DNA of 64,000 bases from Heteronotia binoei. Taxonomy: Eukaryota. Below the pieces are notes generated by a model. It searched no databases. It saw nothing but the letters and a program-made list of their open reading frames with translations, and was not told the DNA's origin. A program made the translations under genes and the position numbers. Positions 24,430-36,015 of this stretch are shown here, one piece after another (position 1 is the stretch's first letter; every line of letters begins with the position of its first letter). Where the stretch lies: positions 71,734,001 through 71,798,000 of the forward strand of contig NC_083225.1 in NCBI RefSeq assembly GCF_032191835.1. Reading direction: 5' to 3'.

Positions 24430-25600
24430 GTGCTCGGAATTTTGCGTTCACATCTGCTGCACCCCCACTGTTTGAATACCCAGCGGTCGAAACCAGGCCA
24501 GCCCCAGTAATGTGGTGAGCTGGCGTTTGACCATGAGAATGTCCAGCTTGCCCTTAAAGTTGTTAAACGCTACCCTTACAGTGGCCCAACCCAAAATCTG
24601 TACAGGGGGGTTTTTTTGGAAGTCCCGCATTATGAAGTCCACCGGTCGCAGCCGGGGCCGGCCACAGGGACAAAGTTTTCTTAGAGACTCCTCCAAAATT
24701 ATGGAGATGGAGGAGCCTGAGTCCAGCTCCATTAGGCATGGAACGCCCTTGATTGGGACCGACACCCTGACCTTATCTAGGGTGGTGAGGGGCAAGTTCA
24801 TTACCTGCAGGCTAATCGATGCGGTCGAGTAGGCATCAGTTGAGTCGTGGTTGGTGGACTGGTGTCTGCGGGTGGCCTTGGCCCGGCAAGCCTGCACTGT
24901 GGCCCACTCTTCCACACTTCCTGCAGTCCACGTTGTGATAGGGGCAGTCCCAGTGCTCATGTGGATCCCAACAGCTGGCACACTTGGTGTTGGCTGGTCT
25001 CTCTGTTGCTCATGGCCGAGTGGGTGCTCTCGGCCCCATTCCTGGTGGGTGATGTAGCTGGTTTGCCTCCTCCTCCTCTGGGTTGCCTGGTGCCTTCTCC
25101 TCCTGGCGGACGGCTTCCATTCGCGGGTTATTGTAAGCTTTGGTTGCTCTCTCAAATGCAGTGGCTTCGAGTTGGAGGGTGAGCTCTTCCTCTGCGAAGA
25201 GCTTTTGCTGCAATCTTTCATCTCGGAGGCCCCAGACAAAGCGATCCCTCAGGGCTTCATCCAGCTTGTCAAAGCTGCAGTTCCCCGCGATTTGGCGGAG
25301 GGCGGCCAGGTAGACGGTGGCTGTCTCTCCCACCCCTTGATCCCTCTTGTGGAAGAGGAATCAGCGGGCAATTATGGAAGGCTGGGGCAAGAAGTGCCCG
25401 GTCAGGAGTCTGATTATCTCCTCGTACATTTTCTCCGTGATCTTCACGGGGGCCGAGAGACCCTTTGCGATCTCGAATGTGGCCTTCCCGCAGACACTCA
25501 GGAGCACGTCTCTCTTACAGCCGTGTAGGTCTCCCACCTATTGGGGTTGGTGGGGTCGAAATCTGCAAGGTGGCCCATCGTCCCACTTGGGTTAGCCATG
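24430..25600 (-). pseudogene. gag: Gypsy gag (zinc knuckles) and aspartic protease, frameshifted
   Basis: LRDRFVWGLRDERLQQKL; CASCWDPHEHWDC and CRKCGRVGH at about 24870-24990; protease MELDSGSSISII at about 24720. Confidence 0.85.
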
Positions 25601-25691
25601 GCGGCGGTGGATATTTCCGTCTCCCTTGAATGCATGCCTTCCTTGTCTTTGGCCAGGTCAGCGAAGTCCCGCTTGGGGAGTTACCTGGCTA

Positions 25692-25711
25692 GAATCCCAT
25701 CCTCATTGCCA
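25692..25711 (-). promoter_or_regulatory. Primer-binding site complementary to the tRNA-Ser(GCU) 3' end
   Basis: Plus strand GAATCCCATCCTCATTGCCA versus the vertebrate tRNA-Ser(GCU) end GAATCCCATCCTCGTCGCCA (from memory). The 2 mismatches are both at CpGs. Confidence 0.75.
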
Positions 25712-25712
25712 C

Positions 25713-25948
25713 TGTAATGTACTGAGTGACGAGACGTGTTGAAGGCAACATGCTTTATTCGCGAGTACATCACAAGGCCAGGCAACGCGGGCCGGGTCCC
25801 GATTATATACATACCCTGGAACAACCCTCAGTCTGGCCAGGTCCAATCCTGGCCAGTTAAACTTCCCGCCACAGATCTTGATTGGCAGAGCGTATTTGCG
25901 GAGCTACATCCGGGGACCAGTGGACTTCCACTGGTCACCTCCGTAACA
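25713..25948 (-). repeat. 5' LTR (236 bp)
   Basis: TGTTAC...ATTACA termini, AATAAA on the minus strand (TTTATT at about 25754), directly followed by the PBS. Confidence 0.85.
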
Positions 25949-26009
25949 TCCACTATGTTGTAATTTCGGGACTGAAATGCAAGACACAACATAACTGCAT
26001 AATTGCCCT

Positions 26010-26200
26010 GACCTGGATGACTCTAGCTAGACTGATCTCATCAGATTTTGGGACCTATGCAGGTTCAGCCCTGGTTAGTGTTTGGATGGGAGGCCACCAA
26101 GGACTTCCAGGTCTGCTGTGCAGAGGAAAGCAATGGCCAACGCTTCTGTTAGTCTCTTGCCTTGAAATCCCTACAGGGTTGCCATGTCAGCTGTGATTCA
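26010..26200 (+). mobile_element. 5S rRNA-headed SINE (5S-Sauria-like)
   Basis: GATCTCATCAGAT...GCAGG...CCTGGTTAGT.TTGGATGGGAG matches the 5S internal promoter region. The tail GCAATGGC...TTGCCTTGAAA.CCCTA resembles Sauria/RTE. Confidence 0.75.
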
Positions 26201-26266
26201 AGCACATTACATACACACAAGTGCATAATTATACTTCTTTTCTGAGCATTTTTTAATGTTTCACAG

Positions 26267-26360
26267 CACTTGACAATTATAATCCTTGAAAACAAGGATT
26301 TGGTCCAAATGAGCCAGCTGAAACCAAATGCTTCTGCGACCAGCAACATTACCCTCCAAG
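26267..26360 (+). other. Candidate spliced exon of an unknown transcript
   Basis: TTTTTTAATGTTTCACAG acceptor and AAG|GTAAGA donor; one open frame; no recognisable protein. Confidence 0.2.
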
Positions 26361-27499
26361 GTAAGAGGATAGAGTTTTTCTTACAGCTCCTCTCATTGCA
26401 GTCTACTCAGTTTGTTCCCTTCTCAATGGATTTACTTTTCCCCTTGTATGTCATACTGAGTCACAATCTCTCCCAGCAGACTGGCTAATCTCCACTCTCT
26501 CAGCTTTTAGTTTTGTGATAAACTCTAGTATTCTCCAGTCTCAGCAGAAAATGACCTTACTTGCCCAGCAGGCCATCTTGGCAGATCATTCTTTTATCCA
26601 GCTGTTCCCTAAAGCTATTAGTGCATGTTGAAAGCATGGCTAAAAATGTGCATACAAATAACAAACTATAAGAGAGGATTTCCTCCTTTCTTCGACTCTC
26701 ATAAATCTCTATTTAGGGGACCTCATATTAAAGTGCTTTCCCAGGGTCTTTTGCTCCTTTTGCTTTTCAGTTATGTGCCTTTCTTTAATGGTATCCTAGA
26801 AAACAAAAAGAAAAGGCATTTATATGTTTATCACATATGTGCACCACAACAAATCTCTGTTTTAGTTGTCAAAAAAAGCCCTGGCTTATAGTTGGCTATA
26901 CAGCTGAGCTCCTTTTCTAAATAAGTAGGAAAAGGCAATTCAGCTTCCAAAAGGAGCAAGGCTTTATTTAAAGCAGAGATGCTTTGAGATAACGAGCACA
27001 CCTCTGATGTTGCTTACCATAATAAGCCTTGAAGAACTAGAATTATTAGATCAAAGCAGAATTTACGGTACTATAAAACATAAAATTATTTGTTAAATCT
27101 GAAGTGTGAGATAGCTTAGAATGAAGATCTTGGAAACAGACTTTGCAGGAGATGTCTATTACAGAATTTACAAAAAGAAAAAGGAGAAAATTAACTTTCA
27201 TGTTTTAAACGGTGGCTGTATTAAGGTTCTTGATATTTTAAGATAGAAATATAATATGAAATAATAAACTTTTGGTTACATTTTATTTACAAATATTTAC
27301 TGGTACATGAAAATACATTAAAATGTAGCTCCAGTTAAAAAATTCATTCCTCATTGTGCAATAAATAACCAACACATCTTATACAGATCATTAGATACAA
27401 TTTGCTTGCAAATAAGATGCAGTTACATTTTTTAAAAGCCCTGAAAATATGGCTCCCTACACTGGTGTCTATGTGTGTGAAGTCACAGCCAACTTATCA

Positions 27500-27630
27500 T
27501 GACCCCATAACATTTTCAATTCAAGCAATTAGCCATTGCCTTCCTTTGCACAGTCTTCCTTGGTGGTCTCCTATCCAATTACCAATCCTGCTTAGCTTCC
27601 AAGATCTGATGATACTGGGTTATACAACAT
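27500..27630 (-). mobile_element. Second 5S-headed SINE fragment
   Basis: Reverse complement CAGATCTTGGAAGCTAAGCAGG...GGAGACCACCAAGGAAG...GGAAGGCAATGGC. Confidence 0.65.
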
Positions 27631-27764
27631 TATTTTACATCCCTCAGTTTGGTCTACAGCCCTGTGTACCTATACCAGATGAATGTACATGACATTCTCA
27701 TTCTGTTAAATATGCCACTGTACAGATGTTTCTCCCTATTTTTTCAAACTTACTTTGTTCAATA

Positions 27765-28430
27765 GCACAGTTGAGTCCAACTCCTTGTGACCCCATGGAC
27801 CAAGTCACGCCAGGCCCTCCTGTCTTCCACCATCCTCCTAAGTCTCCTCAAATTCATGTTAGTTACATCAGTAACACTGTCCAGTCATGTCATCTTTTGC
27901 CATCCCCTTCTTTTGCCTTCTGTCTTTCCCAGCATCATAGTCTTCTCCAGTGAGTGCTCCCTTCTCATTTGGTGGCCAAAGTATTTGGCATTCCAGGAAA
28001 CAGTCAGTGTTAATTTCCCTTAGGACTGACTGATTTGATCTTGCAGTCCAAGGTACTCTCAAGAGTCTTCACCAGCACCACAGCTCGAAAGCATCTATTC
28101 TTCTGCATTCAGCCTTCCTTATGGTCCAACTCTCACAGCCATATATTACTACTGGGAATACCATTGCTTTGACTATACAGACTTTTGTTGGCAGGGTGAT
28201 GTCTCTACTTTATATTATACGGCCTAGATTTGCCATAGCTGTCCTCCCAAGGAGCAAACGTCTTTTAATTTCATGGCTGCAGTCACTTTCTGCAGTGATC
28301 CTGGATCCCAGGAATGTGAAGTCTGCCACTACATCCATGTCTTCCCCTTTTATTTGCCAAGGAGTGATGGGGCCGTATGCCATGATCTTAATTTTTTTGA
28401 TGTTGAATTTCAAGCCTACTTTTGTAAGGC
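27765..28430 (-). mobile_element. RTE-BovB LINE 3' fragment
   Basis: Translations DVVADFTFLGSRITAESDCSHEIKRRLLLGRTAMANL and KEGALTGEDYDAGKD...WLD-like; BovB-type 3' UTR. Confidence 0.9.
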
Positions 28431-28790
28431 TTTCTCTTATTTATTTACTTAGAGAACTTTTATGCCATCTCTGCACAGTACCTTCCCTAGGAATCTTACA
28501 AAATAAAGCATAATAAAAACATAAAATGTTAAAAAGTTGTTAATTCAAATCTAATAGTAAAAACTCAGCCAGAGCATAAAATCATGAAACACTCAGTAGA
28601 AACACACTTTAAAAATAAAACGGTGTAAGAAGATTATTTGTTTAACTAAAAGCCTGGCTGAACAGTGCCAAAAAGAGAGCAGCACAGGTGCCAGGTGAGC
28701 CTCAAGGGGAAGCGCATTTAACAAGTGAGGTACCACTACTTTACTACTTTTTTCTTTAAACCTTATTCTGATTGCCTCCTGACTTACCTC
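28430..28790 (-). mobile_element. Old L2-like 3' end
   Basis: A-rich tail followed by AAAAGCCTGGCTGAACAG...GCCAGG.GAGCCTC..GGGGA, typical of antisense L2 3' ends. Confidence 0.45.
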
Positions 28791-30126
28791 TGATGGAAGG
28801 GACATGGACAGCAGGCCTTGCGAGGAGATCTTTGTGGAGTGGACACTATGGGAGAATGTGGTCCTGGCACTAAGCCATTTAAAGGTACAAATCAGCATGT
28901 CCCCAGAAACAAATGGGCAGCTAGTGCATTACCAGAATGATACAATCCCTGTATTCCACTCCTGATACTAACCTAGGTGACATATTTGGGACCAGCTGAA
29001 TTTTCAAAGTACATAAAGCACATTACAGCACAATCTAGACTGAAGCAATCAAAGTATGGATCACCGTGACCATTTTCTGAGGAACAGTCATAGCTGGCAT
29101 AGCAGCTGAAACTGATGCTTTACATGCCACAGAGGAGACCTAAGCTTCCAACTATAGGCCAGGCTTTCTCCCAGGAAAGTGTCCTTAGAATTGCAGATGT
29201 ACTTTTGCAAGTGGCACCTGCTGAGAACAGTGTGAATAATCCTTTATCATGCAACTGACTGCAAGACTACTACTTTTTGTTAACATTATTAGTATTTCTT
29301 TTTATAATAAGGTTGCCATGGTTTTTATACTGATGCATGAAACAGGCATGAGATACAGGTTCAGTAGGTAAATAGAAATTATGATGAATTGTAAAGTGTT
29401 GTTACAGCTTATGTCATAGATTACACAGCTGCCTGCACAATTATCTTTCCTGGTGTATGATTTTACAAGTCTATTGTACAAAGCCCTATAAAAATCCTTT
29501 GAAAGATTCACAAACATATCCATTATCTACCAATTTTATTCTCTTGGCTCTGTGCAAAGAATAATAGCAATTTTAGTTCAGTGGAAGATTCCAAATTCAC
29601 TCTCTCTGAGGGAGTTGTCAGGCATGAGTACCAGCTGCCACTGAACTGCCCGAGCCCTGAAGGGGGTGAATAGCAGATGAGCAGGCTATCCATGGCCTAA
29701 GCCATTGGAGAGAGGGGAGCAAGCCCACATACAATGGTGTTGCTGAGCCAGCCAACTACTGCCTAGTTCAAGAAACTGAGGGGATGTGTGTGTGTGGTGT
29801 CCAACTGCTGCCTGACCCCCAAAGTTGTGCAGCCAGCTGTTCCCCCCCCCTCCATAGAAGGCTGGGCAGGAGGTGGTCATAGCCCCACCAGCCTGGGAAC
29901 CAGGGCAACTGCCCCAGACCATCTCTAAATAGCAGCTTATAAAGATGTTCGCTATCATGGCCAGAATTCCTGTCCCATAATAATAGAGACTGGAATGTAG
30001 GGAAAGATCACATATTGTCTTACAAGTCTCAACCAGCAGCAGCAGCAAGAGAATAACTTCTCTCAAATATTTCCTGTCCAGGACTTTCTGCAATGTTTCT
30101 CTCCTTGGAACCTGAATCCCTCCACT

Positions 30127-30341
30127 TAGGGTTGCCTTCAGGTGGGACCTGGAGATCTCCCGCTTTTACAACTTATCTCCAGCTGGCAGAGATCAGCTCC
30201 TTTGGAGAAAATGGCTGCTTGGAAGGGTGGACTCTATGGTACTGTACCATGCTGAGGCTCCTCCCCTCCCCAAACCCCACCCTCTCCCAGATCCACCCCC
30301 AAAGTCTCCAGGTATTTTCCAACACAGACCTGGCAACCCTA
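30127..30341. mobile_element. hAT-type MITE (TAGGGTTGCC family)
   Basis: TAGGGTTGCC / GGCAACCCTA termini. Confidence 0.8.
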
Positions 30342-30761
30342 TTTCTCATAATAGAGTCCAGGAACATTCACTAGACTGACTTTAGCAGCACCAGTGTAAC
30401 AAACATTGTGTGTATTTAGCCAAGTGACTGAAAACTTCAAAGGACTTTTTAGTGAACAAATGAACCTGGAAGAGTTCAAAATATTCTGGCATAATAATAA
30501 CTAGGACTTCCATAATAACTAGGTCCTGAACTCCCTTTCCCTACTCTGACCAGCAAATAATAATCACATTTAGACTTCAAAAAAGTACAGACAAAGGGGC
30601 TAAAAGTAGAGTCAAGGAACTGATTTCCTTAAAGGTATTGGTTTAACCAGGCAACAGATCTTCCCAGTATTTTCAAAACCTTTTCAGTATTTTCACCTCT
30701 AGCTATGATGGGCTCCAATTCGAATCAGGCTTTGGTTCAGAAAGAGAAGTCTAGCTCTTAC

Positions 30762-30872
30762 CAGGACTTTTTTTTTTTGTAGAAAAAGCCCATCAAGAAT
30801 TCATTTGCATATTAGAACACACCCTCTGCAACCAAGCCAGCTGTAACTGCATTCCTCTCAAAAAAAGCCCTG
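30762..30872. mobile_element. hAT MITE (CAGGGCTTTTTT family)
   Basis: Perfect 8-bp TSD GCTCTTAC. Ends AAAAAAGCCCTG. Confidence 0.85.
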
Positions 30873-31098
30873 GCTCTTACAACCACACAGTTTTTACTCT
30901 CTGTTTCAGTGACAGAGTTGAAAGGGGAATGGGGGAGGCTGACTGTGTTCTGTTTCACAGTTAACAGCCTGGGGACAGGAGCAGTAGGTTTAGATTAGTA
31001 CAATTAAACTTCATATTCTCCCCAATTGCCCTTCTATACTGCATTGTAAAGACAGAATACCACTCAGGGTTCCCTGCTACAGAGCACGGTGCCACAAT

Positions 31099-31205
31099 CA
31101 GGGCTTTTTTTGAGCAGGAACACAGTTCCAGCTGGCTTGGTGTCAGGGTATGTGGCCTAATATGCAAATGATCTCCTGCTGGGCTTTTTCTACAAAAAAG
31201 GCCTG
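31099..31205. mobile_element. hAT MITE (same family, opposite orientation)
   Basis: TSD GCCACAAT / GTCACAAT. Confidence 0.8.
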
Positions 31206-31803
31206 GTCACAATTATAGGGGGGAATGGACCCTCAGGTTAGGATGATGTGATTCCAAAACAATACCTTGATGGGCTTACTGGGGATGAACAATGATCTGG
31301 GAGAAGCTTGATGACCCTCTCTGCATGGGAAGAGCTAAAGGGTTGGGTGAATAGCAGTGTGTGTGTGTGTTCTTGGTCACACACCCCACTCCATGGGTTC
31401 TCTTCTTTGTGTAAAATGCTGGACATTTTGCTGCTGCCACTCAGACCTCTGTAAGATTGGTGAATATTACTCTTGCCCTCCCCCAAAACTTTCCTTCTTT
31501 CCCCCCTGATTTCCTCTTAGTCAGCTCTTTTGTGTCTCTGTGTTTATTGAGTGTATTTTTGCTTTATTCTTTCCTTTCAATAATATCATTTCCAGTTGAA
31601 CATCTGCCTGGTTTATTTGAGAGTTCTCCTAAAGAGAAAAATCCCAGTATGCATAGATGAAGAATTCCAGTTACCCCTTCTAACTCTGTCTCTTTAAAGC
31701 TAATTTCCCCAACTAATTAGGAGACTACCTATTTGGATAACAGTTTAATGGTGGATGAATATCTGGCAACCCTGTGCTTTCTGACTTGCTAGTGAGTATC
31801 TAA

Positions 31804-32934
31804 GGCCCTTTTCACACTTACCAGTGAAAACCGGAAGGGAGCAGGTATTGAGTGATCTGGGACAGGGATGGGAGTTTTCAGACACATGTTTTTTTCCCCG
31901 GTAGGGTTCTGTGATTGAAGCAAGCCATTCTACACTATTCCGCTTTTATCTCGCTTCCACAAGCACTAGCTGTTTTTGTGCCCTTTTTTGCCCGCCGGCG
32001 CATGATCTCTGTTTTTTAGGGGGTTTTTTGAAACATTGGGCTAAGATTGCTATAGCGCTATAGTGCTATAGCAATGTTTCAAAACAGCACCACCATAGGA
32101 TTGGATACACAGTTCAAGTGGGAAGAGAGTTTACAAAGCCTGGCAATCTAAACATGGTCTGTGGCTCCCCCCCCCCGCCTAATATTTATACCTGCTGCAG
32201 CTTGGCACAAGTCACTTTCCAGCCAATAGCCTGTGAACATGAATGGGTGCGCATGAGGCTGGGTTAGCAACCTCTGTCTCACCAATCACTGTTGGTCTGT
32301 TTCCTGCTACCCTATGGGCAACCTTTCTCCAAGTGGCAACAGCCCCCCCCCCATAAATGTGCCTCAGAGTCACCTACAAACCAATCACATTCCCGTGACT
32401 CCTGTGTGGGCATGAAAGTGATAAAAACAGGTGACAGACCAATGCCTGGTGCCCTGATCTCCTGCTTGAACTGTGTATCCAATGGGGCACTTGTTACAAA
32501 GTGTCAGCCACAGTGATCTCAGGCATCTGAATGGAGCCCTATGGTGATGCTGTTTTGAAACATTGCTATGGCACTATAGCACTATAGCAATCTTAGCCCG
32601 ACGTTCCAAAAAAAAAAAAAAAGCTGGTGATCGTGTGCCGGCAGGCAAAAAAGGGCGCGAAAACTGCACTCCTGGAATCAATATAGGACATTTCACACAG
32701 TGTCCCAGCAACCCGGAAGGAGGGGTTGAAAACTGAAAGAAGCTGCTCTTTGTTAATAATGACTCAGGCATGCCTCACTACTGGGACAGCCGTGGGACTG
32801 TGTGAAAAGGTAACAGTATTCCGGTAGCAGCCAGTTACTGAATCGGGTCTGTCTGAAATGCCAGCAGAAACCCGTTACTGTTCAGTAACTGACCAGCTGC
32901 CGTACCGAAATACTTAGGCTGTGTGAAAAAGCTC
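31804..32934. mobile_element. PIF/Harbinger non-autonomous element with nested internal inverted repeats
   Basis: TIR GGCCCTTTTCACACT / TGTGTGAAAAAGCTC, TAA TSD on both sides, internal inverted arms of about 125 bp. Confidence 0.8.
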
Positions 32935-33019
32935 TAACAATTGTGTGTCAGAACCACAGATGCAGGAGAAAGGACTCAGCACAAAACTCAGTACTCTGCC
33001 TCTCTCTTTCCTGCTTTTT

Positions 33020-33112
33020 CTGAAGAAATCAGCAGTGACTCACAAAAGCTTATACCCTGCCACAAATTTTGTTAGTCTTGAAGGAGCTACAGACTCTTAC
33101 TCCTTTCTACAG
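33020..33112 (+). mobile_element. Penelope-like terminal-repeat fragment with decayed hammerhead motif
   Basis: CTGAAGAAATCAGCAGTGACTCACAAAAGC...TTGTTAGTCTT.AAGG.GCTAC, homologous to 34135-34365 and 50938-51087. Confidence 0.6.
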
Positions 33113-34134
33113 ATATGAGGATAGTTGGAAAAGATAGAATAAAGATATTTAAATAGAATTGAAAATCCAGAGTATATATACATAAGTTCTATATAAGTGT
33201 CTGATTTGATTGACAATTGTATGATATAGATGATGGTTGCTTATGTTTTGTGTATGTGCTAGATGATTGCAGATGGTTGCAGTAGTAGAGGATTGTAGAT
33301 GTTTTTCTATGTTCTATGTATGATTTAGTTAGAGAGAAACACATAAGAAAATTCAACATGTATATATATCACCAGACTGTCTGCTTAGAAAGGTCTCTGG
33401 AAGGACTGTAGGGATGCCACTGTTTCAAAAATGTATTTTGTTCTGGTTTGGATTTTTTTTAAATCATAAAGACATTTCAGTCTGACTTCTACCAGCAAGA
33501 ATGGGCGTTCTGTGAATGGAAAGAGGAATAGGGTTTCTTTAGAACACAATCTTTCTACCACACTTTGAGTCATTGTGGTTCTGACCTCACCTTTCTGTTT
33601 TCTTATGGTTCTCCTCTCTGTTTCTACCCAGCTGTCAACTAAAAAAAAACTTCTTGACAATGTGGTCAGATCCCACAGCATTCTAATAAAAATTAAAATA
33701 ATGATAATATTTTGTAATTACATCTCAAATTCTATTAGACTCAGGCATCCTAAGTCTGCATCTGTACAATAATTTTTTGTTTGACCTTTGCATGAGTCCT
33801 GGTAATGCTCAAAATGGGTTAAAAACAAAAGAAGTGCAATTCCAGCACCCTACTTTCCACCAGAGGTTTTGTTTTGTTTACTAGTTGACCCTCTCTCCCC
33901 CTTACCCTCTCTTTCTTTCTGTGTCTGTGACTGTTGTTCCATTTTGGGCCATCGCTGAGGCCAGAACACAACAGCAAAGGCAACTGAGACTTTTCAGTCA
34001 CCCCATGCCACTGAGTCCCAGTTTGTAGTTTATGTTTTGTTATGCCAGCCAGGTAAGGCTGACTGATGAGTCAACTGGCGGTCATCTTCAACCTTCAGAC
34101 TGCAACTAACATAAAGAACTCTTGGCTCAGGTAT

Positions 34135-34365
34135 TTGAAGAAGTAAGCAGTGACTCACAAAAGCTCATACCCTATGTCCAATATCTTTCTGCAATGGATC
34201 CACTGGATGCTGTGGGTGGGGGGAAGAACCTATGTCCCCTACTATAAATTTTGTTAGTCTTTAAGGTGCTACTGGATTTTACTCTTTTCTACTGCTACAG
34301 ACAGACTAACACAGCTATCCATCTTCTACTGCTACAGACAGACTAACACAGCTACCCATCTTGAT
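34135..34365 (+). mobile_element. Penelope-like terminal-repeat fragment with 37-bp tandem duplication
   Basis: TTGAAGAAGTAAGCAGTGACTCACAAAAGCTCATACCC; 37-bp unit repeated at 34287 and 34324. Confidence 0.6.
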
Positions 34366-34753
34366 CTACTAGTAGTACCAATAATTGATAGTAGCTGTAC
34401 AGGAAATGTGCTCAGCTATAACAGCCGTAAAGGCTGTCAAAGATGGACACCTTCTTTGTGTAAGAAGGCTTTTTTTTTCTTTTGAAGTTTCCCCCCCTTT
34501 CCTCTTGTATAATTTTAAAATCCCTTTTTTGATTGTTTTTAATTTTTTTAAGCCTCCCCAAACTTTAATCTGCAGAAAATAACCTTTTTAGGGAAAAGAT
34601 GTAACATCTTTTCATATACATAAGGGCTGTAGCTTCTCACTGAGTTTTGTTTGCAGTCAGACCCCTCCTTTCACTGAGGTGCAGTTTTTTTGCTAGAATA
34701 ACCATAAACACTCTTATTAAAATGTCATTTCAAAAACATAGTGCCATCAGTCC

Positions 34754-36015
34754 AGAACATAAGAACCTAAGAGAAGTCGTGTTGGAGCAGGCCAATGGCC
34801 CATCCAGTCCAACACTCTGTGTCACACAGTGGCCAATATGTGTGTGTGTGTGTGTGTGTGTATACACACACACACATATACATACATATACATACACACA
34901 TACACACATATATACTGTGGCTAACAGCCACTGATGGACCTCTGCGCCATATTTTTATCCAATCCCCTCTTAAAGCTGGCTATGCTTGTAGCCGCCACCA
35001 CCTCTTGTGGCAGTGAATTCCACATGTTAATCACCCTTTGGGTGAAGAAGTACTTCCTTTTATCCATTTTAACCTGACTGCTCAGCAATTTCATCGAATG
35101 CCCACAAGTTCTTGTATTGTGAGAAAGGGAGAAAAGTACTTCTTTCTCTACTTTCTCCATCCCATGCATTATCTTGTAAACCTCTATCATGTCACCCCTC
35201 AGTCGACGTTTCTCAAAGCTAAAGAGCCCCAAGCATTTTAACATTTCTTCATAGGGAAAGTGTTCCAACCCTTTAATCATTCTAGTTGCCCTTTTCTGGA
35301 CTTTTTCCAATGCTATAATATCCTTTTTGAGGTGCGGTGACCAGAACTGCACACAGTATTCCAAATGAGACCACACCATTGATTTATACAGGGGCACTAT
35401 GATACTGGCTGATTTGTTTTCAATTCCCTTCCTAATAATTCCCAGCATGGCGTTGGCCTTTTTTATTGCAATCGCACACTGTCTTGACATTTTCAGTGAG
35501 TTATCTACCACAACCCCAAGATCTCTCTCTTCGTCAGTCTCTGCCAGTTCACACCCCATCAACTTGTATATGTAACTGGGATTCTTGGCCCCAATGTGCA
35601 TTACTTTGCACTTGGCCACATTGAACCTCATTTGCCACGTTGACACCCACTCACCCAGCCTCAACAGATCCTTTTGGAGTGCCTCACAATCCTCTCTGGT
35701 TCTCACCACCCTGAACAATTTAGTGTCATCTGCAAACTTGGCCACTTCACTGCTCACTCCCAACTCCAAATCATTTATGAACAAGTTAAAGAGCATGGGA
35801 CCCAGTACAGAGCCATGCGGCATCCCACTGCTTACCATCCTCCACTGCGAAGACTGCCCTTTTTTACTCACTCTCTGCTTCCTATTAATTAGCCAGTTTT
35901 TGATCCACAAGAGGACCTTTTACTCCTTGACTCTCGAGCTTTCTAAGGAGCCTTTGATGAGGAACTTTATCAAAAGCTTTCTGGAAGCCAAGATAAACAA
36001 CATCTATTGGGTCTC
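34754..36015 (-). mobile_element. CR1 LINE 3' portion with RT C-terminus
   Basis: 329-aa ORF 34921..35910 with GSVLGPMLFNLFINDL, KFADDTKL, RDLGV and HLEYCVQFWSP; (CTTATGTT) tail; microsatellite at 34839-34915. Confidence 0.95.

Larger units (their letters stand above)
22100..25948 (-). mobile_element. Gypsy/Ty3 LTR retrotransposon (Mag-like), 3'-truncated within or after integrase
   Basis: 5' LTR, PBS, gag, protease, RT, RNase H and integrase in Gypsy order. No second LTR in the window. Confidence 0.93.

Noticed and set aside
26010-26110. Functional 5S rRNA gene
   Set aside because: Many mismatches, no 5S 5' end or T-run terminator, and it is fused to a SINE tail.
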